A DNA stretch of 38,028 bases from an uncultured Gammaproteobacteria bacterium (GTDB lineage: Bacteria > Patescibacteriota > Microgenomatia > UBA12405 > JAHJSD01), in NCBI GenBank assembly GCA_964536585.1, contig CAZHXO010000001.1:1-38028 (forward strand), read 5' to 3'. This document shows, in pieces, positions 8,349 to 16,071 of this stretch. The stretch's first letter is position 1. Each line of letters begins with the position of its first letter. Under the pieces are notes generated by a model. The model had not been told where the DNA came from. It searched no databases and saw only the letters and a list, made by a program, of their open reading frames with translations. A program made the translations under genes and the position numbers.

Positions 8349-8473
8349 ATCCTTCTCTTTGCTTGTTGTTCTTAAACTTTTTCTTTGTTAAACTTTATTT
8401 AGTGCAGTAAGGCAGTAGGGCTTTAAAGCTTTACAGCATTAATACTTTATACTTGAGGGGAGGTGCTTTATGA

Positions 8474-8662
8474 ATGCCGATAGTGATCAAAAAAAGAAAA
8501 GACAAAAAGGAAACCAATGCCGATTTGCTAGCTCGTTTTCGACGAGCAACTATGGATATTGTTGATGAAATTAAAGAGAACATGGTTTATAAAAGTGGAG
8601 CGGAGGAGCGAAAGGAAAAGAAAAAGAGAAAAGAAAGGTTACAAAAGAAAGGAGGAAGATAA
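8474..8662 (+). CDS. rpsU: 30S ribosomal protein S21
   Basis: 62 aa and basic. LLARFRRATMDIVDEIKENMVYKSGAEERKEKKKR fits S21. GGGGAGGTG RBS upstream. Confidence 0.75.
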   Translation: MPIVIKKRKDKKETNADLLARFRRATMDIVDEIKENMVYKSGAEERKEKKKRKERLQKKGGR

Positions 8663-9115
8663 ATGAGTAAACTTCTAGACCGAATCAAGCAAGATGCTAA
8701 GCAAGCCTTAAAAAAAGGGCAAAAAGAAAAAGCCGAAATGTTGAGATATTTGGCTTCTCTTATTCAAACTCGGATGGTAGAGCTTGGTCCAAAGTTTAGC
8801 CAGCAGGATACGCTTGAAGTTTTGCAAAAAGAACTAAAACAAAAAAAGGAGTCATTGGAAGCGTTTAAAAAAGCAGGCAGAGAGGATTTAATTAGGCAAG
8901 AAAAAAAAGAGATTGCCTTATTGAAAAATTATTTGCCAAAAATGATGAGTGAGGAAGAAATTAAACAAACAGTCAAGCAAGTGGTTGAAAAGGAAGAGAT
9001 AAAAGATTTTGGTCAGGTAATGGGAAAGGTTATGGCTCAAGTAAAGGGTAGGGCGGAAGGGAAAAAGGTGGCTGAGGTTGTTAAGCAAGTGCTGAATGAT
9101 GAAAATAGAGATTAA
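8663..9115 (+). CDS. yqeY: GatB/YqeY domain protein
   Basis: LKNYLPKMMSEEEIKQTVKQVV...DFGQVMGKVMAQVKGRAEGKKVAEVVKQVL is the typical YqeY C-terminal pattern. Confidence 0.75.
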   Translation: MSKLLDRIKQDAKQALKKGQKEKAEMLRYLASLIQTRMVELGPKFSQQDTLEVLQKELKQKKESLEAFKKAGREDLIRQEKKEIALLKNYLPKMMSEEEIKQTVKQVVEKEEIKDFGQVMGKVMAQVKGRAEGKKVAEVVKQVLNDENRD

Positions 9116-9455
9116 AAAAGACCCACGATACCCAATTGACGTTAAAAGGGTTCGTCAATTGACTAAGGAGGTATTAAAAGAAAATGATATTTCTGGCAGT
9201 GTAGAATTGAGTTTGAACTTCGTGGGCAAGCGTAAAGCTAAAAAATTAAACCGGGAGTATCGGGGTAAAGACTATATTCCGGGTGTTCTTACTTTCCCAA
9301 TGCATGAAAAAGGGCCTGATGGCCAATTACGGCTGGGCGATGTTATGATTTGTTTCCCGAAGGCACGAGCTGAGGCTAGAAAAAGAGAGCGTCTGGTAAT
9401 TGAAATTATTAGGGAGTGGTTGGAGCATGGAATAAGCAATTTAATTAATAATTAA
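9096..9455 (+). CDS. YbeY-like protein, short, lacking the H-x3-H-x5-H metal site
   Basis: LNREYRGKDYIPGVLTFP...LGDVMICFPKARAEA...EWLEHGISNL aligns with the YbeY core, but the protein ends at 119 aa with only one His of the triad. Confidence 0.6.
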   Translation: MMKIEIKKDPRYPIDVKRVRQLTKEVLKENDISGSVELSLNFVGKRKAKKLNREYRGKDYIPGVLTFPMHEKGPDGQLRLGDVMICFPKARAEARKRERLVIEIIREWLEHGISNLINN

Positions 9456-9552
9456 ATTGCAAACTCTAAATACGAAATACTAAATAATAAACAAATATGA
9501 ACATTTTAATTTTTTTGAAATTAGAAATTAGAATTTAGGACTTGAACTAATT

Positions 9553-11019
9553 ATGTATTTTTTAAAATATCGGCCGCAAACTGTTGAGGAACTGGATTTA
9601 GAAAATGTTCGTCAAAAACTGACTAAAATATTGAAGAGCGATCAAATCCCTCATGCTTTTCTGTTTGCGGGCCCCAAAGGTGCTGGCAAGACTTCTGCGG
9701 CTAGGATTTTAGCTAAAGCAATCAATTGCCGGGCAGAGAAAAAACCTAAAGGCTTTGAACCGTGTAATCAGTGTGAAATCTGCAAGGCAATTACACGGGG
9801 AACAAGTTTAGATGTGGTTGAAATTGACGCCGCATCTAATCGCGGTATCGATGACATACGGCAACTTAAAGAAAAAATTGCTTTAGCTCCGGTTAGTGCT
9901 GACTATAAAGTTTATATTATTGATGAGGTGCATATGCTTACTAAACCTGCTTTTAATGCTTTGCTGAAAACGCTAGAGGAGCCTCCGTCGCACGTTGTTT
10001 TTGTTTTATGCACTACTAATCCTGAAAAAATTATCCCCACTGTTTTATCAAGACTATTAAGAATTGATTTTAGTCGGGGCACCAGACAGGAGGTTAGACG
10101 AAGTTTGCAAAAAGTAATTAAAGGAGAAAATTTAAAGGTGGAAAAAAAAGTAATTGAGACGATTATTGATTTGGCTGATGGCGGTTTTCGCGATGCCCAG
10201 AAGATGCTTGAAAGTTTGGTTTTAAGTTTAGGTAAAGAAATTAGCTGGGATAAAGCCCAACCTGAGCTTATTCATTGGCAAAAGCAGAAACCGAGCAAAG
10301 TGCTTCAGCTTCTGGCTGATGGTGAACAAGAAGAGCTCCTGCGAGTTGGGGAACAGTTGCAGGCAGACGGAGCTGAAATGAACGACTATTTGCAGCGGCT
10401 GCTGAATTTAGTGCAAAAACTGATTTTAGTGAGAACAGAGGTTGACAAGGGGCAAGCTGAAGAACGTCGGTTAGCTGAACAATTTAGTTTATCGCAATTG
10501 AGTCGTTTGTCAAAGATTTTAATCCAAGCAATGTATGAACAAAAGAATGCTGTTTTGCCCCAACTGCCGCTGCAATTGGCGGTAATAGAGTTTTTAAAGG
10601 GTAAAAAAAAAGGAATGACTAAGGGGAATAAAGCCCAAAAAAAGGAAAAGGTGGGAGAGGGGACAAAGAAAGCCGGGAAAAGGGTTGGTTTGAATTTGGA
10701 TACAGTGAAAAATAAATGGCGGGATTTATTGGAAGCAGTTAAGCCAATGAACCATTCGGTAGCCGCTTTTTTAAGGGCGGCAAAACCTAAAAAATTTAAA
10801 AACAATCAATTAGTACTTGAGGTTTTTTATCGATTTCATAAAGATAAGTTGGAAGAAAATCGGAATCGTCGGATTGTTGAGACTGGGTTAAAGAAAATTT
10901 GTCATTCAGATGTTAAAATAAAGTGTGTTTTGGCAAAGAAAAAGAAGACGAAGAAAAAAAATAAAAAGATAAAAGAGGACATTTCAAAGGTAGCAGAGGA
11001 GATATTTGGGGGGAGGTGA
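9553..11019 (+). CDS. dnaX: DNA polymerase III subunit gamma/tau
   Basis: Walker A GPKGAGKTS, Zn module CNQCEICKAI, DEVHML, SRLL sensor motif. TGA stop. Confidence 0.9.
   Translation: MYFLKYRPQTVEELDLENVRQKLTKILKSDQIPHAFLFAGPKGAGKTSAARILAKAINCRAEKKPKGFEPCNQCEICKAITRGTSLDVVEIDAASNRGIDDIRQLKEKIALAPVSADYKVYIIDEVHMLTKPAFNALLKTLEEPPSHVVFVLCTTNPEKIIPTVLSRLLRIDFSRGTRQEVRRSLQKVIKGENLKVEKKVIETIIDLADGGFRDAQKMLESLVLSLGKEISWDKAQPELIHWQKQKPSKVLQLLADGEQEELLRVGEQLQADGAEMNDYLQRLLNLVQKLILVRTEVDKGQAEERRLAEQFSLSQLSRLSKILIQAMYEQKNAVLPQLPLQLAVIEFLKGKKKGMTKGNKAQKKEKVGEGTKKAGKRVGLNLDTVKNKWRDLLEAVKPMNHSVAAFLRAAKPKKFKNNQLVLEVFYRFHKDKLEENRNRRIVETGLKKICHSDVKIKCVLAKKKKTKKKNKKIKEDISKVAEEIFGGR
10603..10611 (+). promoter_or_regulatory. 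A9 homopolymer in dnaX: candidate slippage or frameshift site producing a short gamma form
   Basis: AAA AAA AAA GGA ATG ACT AAG in frame 0. With one extra A the reading is AGG AAT GAC TAA. With one fewer A it is AAG GAA TGA. So both alternative frames stop within 2-4 codons. Confidence 0.45.
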
Positions 11020-11023
11020 ACTT

Positions 11024-11296
11024 ATGTTGGACAAATTTAAAAAATTAGGCAAGCTAAAAAAGTTAAGAGATCAGGCTAATAAATTACAAGATGCTTTAGC
11101 TGATGAAGAGATTAGGGTGGAGATGGGGAATATAAAGGTGGTTATTGGAGGAGACCAAAAGTTAAAATCAGTTAAAATAGATGAACAGGAAAATAAAAAT
11201 TTAGTTAAAGCAATTAATAAAGCAATTAAAAAATCTCAAAAAGTTGCCGCTAAAAAAATGCAGGAATTGGGCGGACTAGATTCTTTTGGAGTTTAA
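11024..11296 (+). CDS. ybaB: YbaB/EbfC nucleoid-associated protein
   Basis: MLDKFKKLGKLKKLRDQANKLQDAL...IKVVIGGDQKLKSVKID fits YbaB. I chose the ATG at 11024 (GGGGGAGGTGA RBS 5-15 nt upstream) over the alternative start at 11006. Confidence 0.8.
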   Translation: MLDKFKKLGKLKKLRDQANKLQDALADEEIRVEMGNIKVVIGGDQKLKSVKIDEQENKNLVKAINKAIKKSQKVAAKKMQELGGLDSFGV

Positions 11297-11331
11297 AATA
11301 TAGTTATTAGGTGATTAGGAATCCTTGAATA

Positions 11332-11853
11332 ATGAATAACAAAAAAAGCATTGCCAAAAATGTTGCCAAAGGTTTAGCTAAAGTCGGAGAGGAAACAGCC
11401 AGAGAAGCAGGAGAGCAGACTGGTAAAGCAGCTGAGGAAGCAGCCTCAGAGTTAACCAAGGGAAGTAAATCCACTACCTCCCAGTCAAAGTCAAAAAAAT
11501 CAGCTGACAAGATAGGTTTCAAGTGGGAAAAGAAGCAGAAAGAAATTGATCAGATAAAAGAAGCAATTAAAACTGCAAAAGGCTCTTTAGACCAAGGTGG
11601 TCGGCCTGGAGCTCAAGATATGGAAAAGCAGGTTGAGGAAGTAAGAAAAGAAAAAAGGGAAGAAGAAGAGAAAAAGAAAGAAGACGAACAAATATTAAAA
11701 CAATTGGAAAAGCAGAGAAAGCAGGAAGAACAGGAAGCTCGGTCTGATGCCAATGATATTTTACCCGGCACCGATCGGCCTCAGCGCGGCTCAGCCTTAA
11801 AAAAGAGAAAGAAAAAAGGCGGAACTGGGGAGTTAAGTAAGCTTAAAAACTAA
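11332..11853 (+). CDS. hypothetical Lys/Glu-rich low-complexity protein
   Basis: ORF only, with no recognisable motif. It occupies the position where recR often follows dnaX-ybaB. Confidence 0.4.
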   Translation: MNNKKSIAKNVAKGLAKVGEETAREAGEQTGKAAEEAASELTKGSKSTTSQSKSKKSADKIGFKWEKKQKEIDQIKEAIKTAKGSLDQGGRPGAQDMEKQVEEVRKEKREEEEKKKEDEQILKQLEKQRKQEEQEARSDANDILPGTDRPQRGSALKKRKKKGGTGELSKLKN

Positions 11854-11861
11854 CCGAAGAC

Positions 11862-13271
11862 ATGGAATTGAAAATTTATAATTCACTGAGTCGAAAAAAA
11901 GAAAAATTTCAACCTTTTAATCCTCCTCAAGTTGGAATGTATACTTGCGGCCCGACAGTATATTCTTATGTTACTATTGGCAATTGGCGAACTTATATTT
12001 TAAGTGATTTAGTTTACCGGACGCTTAAAATGTTTGACTACCAAATTAAACATGTAATGAACATTACTGACGTTGGTCATTTAACTGATGATGCTGATAG
12101 TGGGGAAGATAAACTGGAACAAGCTGCTAAAAAGCAACGGAAAACAGCTTGGCAAATTGCCCAAGTTTACACTGAAGATTTTTTGTGCGGGTTGGAAGAA
12201 CTAAATATCAAAAAACCTGATGTTTTACCTCGGGCAACAAAGCACATTGACCAACAAATAAGTTTGATAAAAAAAATTGAACAGGCGGGTTTTACTTACC
12301 AAACTAGTGATGGATTATATTTTAATCTTCAAAAGTATGAAAAAACTGGCCATACTTATGGCCAACTCTCAAGTTTAGACGAGGTAAAAGCAGGGGCTAG
12401 GGTGGAGGAGAATCCTGAAAAAAAGGACCCCCGGGATTTTGCTTTGTGGAAGTTTTCGCCCAAAGATAAACAAAGAGATATGGAGTGGGATAGTCCATGG
12501 GGAAAAGGCTTTCCGGGTTGGCATATTGAGTGTTCGGCGATGAGCATGGCTTATTTAGGTGAGCAGTTTGACATCCATTTAGGTGGAGAGGATTTAAAAA
12601 GCACTCACCATCCTAATGAGATAGCACAGTCAGAGAGCGCGACTGGTAAATCACCATTTGTTAAATATTGGATACATGGTGCCTTTTTAACAGTTGATGG
12701 AGGCAAGATGAGTAAAAGCTTAGGCAATCAGTATACTTTGCATGATATTAAAGCTAAGGGGTTTGGCCCTTTGGATTTACGTTATTTTTATCTTACCGGC
12801 CATTACCGCAAGCAGTTAAACTTCACTTGGGAAGCATTAAAAAGTGCTCAACAGTCTCGCTTGAAATTAATGGCTTTGATCCCGGCTCAGCTTAAAAAAA
12901 AGAAAAGAAGTGACCAGGCTAAAGAATACAAAAAAGAGTTTATGCAAGCTCTGGCTGACGATTTAAATCTTCCTCAGGCATTGGCAATATTTTGGCGGGC
13001 AGTCAAAGACCCTTATCTTGTGGAGCAAGAAAAGAAATGGCTGGTTGAAGAGGCTGATCAAGTTTTGGGGCTGGATTTATTAACAAAAACAGAAATTCCC
13101 GAAAAAGTAGAAAAATTAGTTTTAAAAAGGGAAAAACTGAGACAGAATGAAGAGTGGGAACAAGCGGATAAAATAAGAAAGCAGATTGAAGATTTGGGCT
13201 ATCAAGTTGAGGATACTTCTGCAGGACCTAAAATTATTCCCCTTATAAAGACTAATGGTGTTGATGATTAA
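11862..13271 (+). CDS. cysS: cysteine--tRNA ligase
   Basis: MYTCGPTVYSYVTIGNWRTY, the class I HIGH-equivalent region, WHIECS and KMSKSLGN. Confidence 0.9.
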   Translation: MELKIYNSLSRKKEKFQPFNPPQVGMYTCGPTVYSYVTIGNWRTYILSDLVYRTLKMFDYQIKHVMNITDVGHLTDDADSGEDKLEQAAKKQRKTAWQIAQVYTEDFLCGLEELNIKKPDVLPRATKHIDQQISLIKKIEQAGFTYQTSDGLYFNLQKYEKTGHTYGQLSSLDEVKAGARVEENPEKKDPRDFALWKFSPKDKQRDMEWDSPWGKGFPGWHIECSAMSMAYLGEQFDIHLGGEDLKSTHHPNEIAQSESATGKSPFVKYWIHGAFLTVDGGKMSKSLGNQYTLHDIKAKGFGPLDLRYFYLTGHYRKQLNFTWEALKSAQQSRLKLMALIPAQLKKKKRSDQAKEYKKEFMQALADDLNLPQALAIFWRAVKDPYLVEQEKKWLVEEADQVLGLDLLTKTEIPEKVEKLVLKREKLRQNEEWEQADKIRKQIEDLGYQVEDTSAGPKIIPLIKTNGVDD

Positions 13272-13297
13272 TGTATTTAAGGACGCCAAAGAGGTGG

Positions 13298-13327
13298 TTG
13301 ACGGAGGAAGAGGAGGATAGGTATAAT
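13298..13327 (+). promoter_or_regulatory. sigma70-type promoter placed for a leaderless rpsF transcript
   Basis: TTGACG at 13298-13303, 18-nt spacer, TATAAT at 13322-13327, then 6 nt to the ATG at 13334. Confidence 0.5.
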
Positions 13328-13333
13328 TAGTTT

Positions 13334-13636
13334 ATGGCTGGAAAATACGAATTTGTTTTTTTGACTGCTCCGGATATGAAAAAGGAACGGCGCGAGGAAA
13401 TGTTTGAACAGCTTGAGGAGAGGCTAAAAAAAGCAAAAACTAAAATAACCGACAAGGAAGATTGGGGCGAAAAAAAATTGGCGTACCCGATAAAAGATAA
13501 TAAAAGTGCTTCTTTTTGGATTTGGCATTTAAATTCAAAAGATACGAATTTTGACTTCTCTCCACTAACAACTTACTTAAATCGGCAGGATGGTCTATTA
13601 CGTTATTTATTATTAACTAAGAAAAGGGAGGAATAA
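13334..13636 (+). CDS. rpsF: 30S ribosomal protein S6
   Basis: YEFVFLTAPDM...EDWGEKKLAYPI signature, and its position before ssb-rpsR. Confidence 0.85.
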   Translation: MAGKYEFVFLTAPDMKKERREEMFEQLEERLKKAKTKITDKEDWGEKKLAYPIKDNKSASFWIWHLNSKDTNFDFSPLTTYLNRQDGLLRYLLLTKKREE

Positions 13637-13640
13637 TTTA

Positions 13641-14111
13641 ATGTCAACTCGTTGTTTAAACCGGATAATGTTAATTGGCAATTTAACTCGCGACCCTGAA
13701 TTGAGGTATACTCCTGGGGGAACAGCCGTCTGTAATTTTGGTTTAGCCACTAACCGTCGTTGGACAACTAGCGAAGGAGAACAAAAAGAGGCAGCCCAAT
13801 TTCACCGGATTGTTGCCTGGGCACAATTGGCTGAACTGTGTGCACAGCTGTTGTCTAAGGGAGATAAAGTATTTGTTTCTGGACGAATTCAGTACAGAAA
13901 ATGGGAGGATTCTGATGAAGTTCAAAGGGAGAGTGCTGAAGTAGTTATTAACGACATGATTTTATTGCGTCAGATAGAGCCTTCAAGGAAGCAGTCATCA
14001 GATGTAGAAGAGGAATTTGAACGTTCTCAAGAAACTGGTGAAGAGGAAGAAGAAGCCAAAGAAAAAGCTGAGCAGCAAGAAGTTGACAAGGATGGGGAAG
14101 TCCCTTTTTAA
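13641..14111 (+). CDS. ssb: single-stranded DNA-binding protein
   Basis: LNRIMLIGNLTRDPELRYTPGGTAVCNFGLATNRRW OB-fold signature, acidic tail ending DGEVPF. Confidence 0.9.
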   Translation: MSTRCLNRIMLIGNLTRDPELRYTPGGTAVCNFGLATNRRWTTSEGEQKEAAQFHRIVAWAQLAELCAQLLSKGDKVFVSGRIQYRKWEDSDEVQRESAEVVINDMILLRQIEPSRKQSSDVEEEFERSQETGEEEEEAKEKAEQQEVDKDGEVPF

Positions 14112-14131
14112 AAATTATAGATTTCAAATTC

Positions 14132-14365
14132 ATGGCCAGAAAAAGAAGACAAACAGAAACCAGAAGAGATTGTTATTTTTGTAAAACAGAAACCAAGCCC
14201 TATTGGCGTGAGTCTAGCCAGTTGAAGAATTATTTGTCTGGTCGCTCTCGGATTTTATCTCGTTCCAAAACCGGCCTTTGTGCCCGACATCAGCGTCAAT
14301 TAGCACAAGCGATTAAAAGAGCACGACATCTGGGCTTGCTTCCTTACGTTACCAAGGTAAAATAG
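14132..14365 (+). CDS. rpsR: 30S ribosomal protein S18
   Basis: CYFC...LKNYLSGRSRILSRSKTGLCARHQRQLAQAIKRARHLGLLPY. Confidence 0.9.
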   Translation: MARKRRQTETRRDCYFCKTETKPYWRESSQLKNYLSGRSRILSRSKTGLCARHQRQLAQAIKRARHLGLLPYVTKVK

Positions 14366-14369
14366 ACTA

Positions 14370-14879
14370 ATGAGCAGCACAGTATGGGTACTTCATTTAC
14401 CTGATAATGCCAAGATAAAGGTAAAATCGGGTCAACAGGTTGAACAAAAAGAAATCCTAGCCCAAGCTAAGGATAAGGAGTTTGAATCTCCTACTCAAGC
14501 TAGAATTTCGGAAATTAAAGATAATAAAATAAAATTAAAATTTTCGACCTTGAAAATTCAAGGCAAGGGCTATGGACAAAATACCGCTTGGGGCGAATTA
14601 GCAATTTATGACCAATTAGGCTTAACTGATATAAATTGTGATTTAGCCGGGGAGTTGGTTTTTGTACCTAAGTTAACCAATCTTCTTTTGAAAAAAGGTT
14701 CTGTGCTTGGAATAGCCGGGTTTGTAACTTACGAACGTGAAAAAAAAGTTAATGACCTAGAGGTACCTGTTTTGGTAATTGCTGAAAAAGATAAGAGGAA
14801 GTTGGTTAAACATGAGGGTAAAAATTGTTTGTTGCATGCGAGTAAAAATTGTTTGTTAATCCCTAAAGATGAGGATTAA
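14370..14879 (+). CDS. hypothetical protein (possible barrel-sandwich-like N-terminus)
   Basis: ORF in the slot where rplI usually sits, with no L9 signature. KVKSGQQVEQKEILAQ resembles hybrid-barrel motifs only loosely. Confidence 0.45.
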   Translation: MSSTVWVLHLPDNAKIKVKSGQQVEQKEILAQAKDKEFESPTQARISEIKDNKIKLKFSTLKIQGKGYGQNTAWGELAIYDQLGLTDINCDLAGELVFVPKLTNLLLKKGSVLGIAGFVTYEREKKVNDLEVPVLVIAEKDKRKLVKHEGKNCLLHASKNCLLIPKDED

Positions 14880-16071
14880 ACTTAAAAAAGTACGCCAGAT
14901 TGTTATTGTTCTTTGTTTGATAGTTTTAGCTGCTTATGGAGGTTATCGTTATGGACGACGTGAGCAGGTATTAAGTGAAGCAAAGGCAGACATGAGCTTG
15001 TTTTGGGAAGTTTGGGAGCGGCTGGAGAGAAAGTACATTGATCAGGCTGATCTTCAGAAAAAACAGATGGTCGATGGTGCGATTTCTGGTATGGTCCGTT
15101 CACTAGGGGATCCCTACACTATGTATTTACCTGCTGAGGAGAACAAGATTAGTCAGCAGAATTTAAGTGGATCCTTTGGCGGAGTCGGCATTCGGTTGGG
15201 TTATAAAAACGGTCAATTGGCAGTGATATCACCCTTAAAAGACACTCCAGCAGAAAAAGCCGGTGTGCAAGCGGGGGATTTAATTTTAAGAATAGTTGAC
15301 GAAAAAAAAGATTTAGACAGAGAAACGACTAATATTACTTTGGATCAGGCAGTGAAAGATATTCGGGGGCCCAAAGGCACTGATATTAGTTTAACCCTAG
15401 CTAGAGAAGGCAAGCAAGAAACCTTTGAAATAACTATCACTCGGGGAGAAATAACCATTCCTGCTTTAGAGGAAGAGTGGTTAGAGAAGGAGGGTAAACA
15501 GTTTGCTTATATTCACTTGCTGCACTTCAGTGAAAATACCCCTTGGGAATGGGATCAATGGGTAGATAGTGTTATGTCTAATCAAAAAAAAGAACTTGGA
15601 GGAGTTATATTGGATTTGAGAAACAATCCGGGCGGATATTTACAAGGAGGGATTTACGTCGGCGAGGAGTTTTTACCTTCAGGAAAAGTTGTTGTTAAAC
15701 AAGAAGATTACCAAAATCGAGTTACTGAGTTTAAAGTAGATCGACAAGGTAAATTGCAATCAACCCCTTTGGTTGTTTTAATTAATCAGGGCTCGGCTTC
15801 AGCAGCAGAGATTTTAGCGGGAGCTTTGCAAGTTCATGAGCGAGCACTTGTCGTTGGTCGACAAAGTTTTGGCAAAGGGACGATTCAAGAGCCTCAAGAA
15901 TTAAGAAATAAAGCCGGGCTGCATATTACTATTGCTCAATGGCTTTTACCAAATGGAGATTCTATCCATGAACAAGGAGTCAGTCCGGATGTAGAAGTTA
16001 AGCAGGAGGAAATGGAGCAGGCTGAAGAAGAAGATGTAATTTTAGAAAAAGGAATTGAGCAGTTGCTATGA
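14869..16071 (+). CDS. ctpA: carboxy-terminal processing protease (S41) with PDZ domain
   Basis: GGVGIRL, PAEKAGVQAGDLIL (PDZ), LDLRNNPGGYL, NQGSASAAEILAGAL, FGKGTIQ. N-terminal TM. Confidence 0.88.
   Translation: MRIKLKKVRQIVIVLCLIVLAAYGGYRYGRREQVLSEAKADMSLFWEVWERLERKYIDQADLQKKQMVDGAISGMVRSLGDPYTMYLPAEENKISQQNLSGSFGGVGIRLGYKNGQLAVISPLKDTPAEKAGVQAGDLILRIVDEKKDLDRETTNITLDQAVKDIRGPKGTDISLTLAREGKQETFEITITRGEITIPALEEEWLEKEGKQFAYIHLLHFSENTPWEWDQWVDSVMSNQKKELGGVILDLRNNPGGYLQGGIYVGEEFLPSGKVVVKQEDYQNRVTEFKVDRQGKLQSTPLVVLINQGSASAAEILAGALQVHERALVVGRQSFGKGTIQEPQELRNKAGLHITIAQWLLPNGDSIHEQGVSPDVEVKQEEMEQAEEEDVILEKGIEQLL

Noticed and set aside
8349-8473. Possible small RNA or tRNA in the 125-bp spacer before rpsU.
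   Set aside because: No acceptor or T-arm-like pairing and no conserved RNA motif is visible. It is most simply the promoter and leader of the rpsU-yqeY-ybeY operon.
10386-10805. 139-aa antisense ORF inside dnaX. Similar antisense ORFs lie inside other genes (e.g. 2689-2898, 5658-6008, 7321-7617, 8034-8231, 11307-11522, 12356-12547, 13743-14133, 14903-15103, 16199-16417, 19493-19699, 20660-20884, 21098-21286, 22724-22966, 23875-24063, 24189-24783, 30036-30405, 30803-31135, 32769-32975, 34570-34794, 37370-37603, 37683-37982).
   Set aside because: Each is fully embedded in a longer ORF with clear homology-type motifs. They show low-complexity or hydrophobic translations typical of antisense frames in AT-rich DNA.
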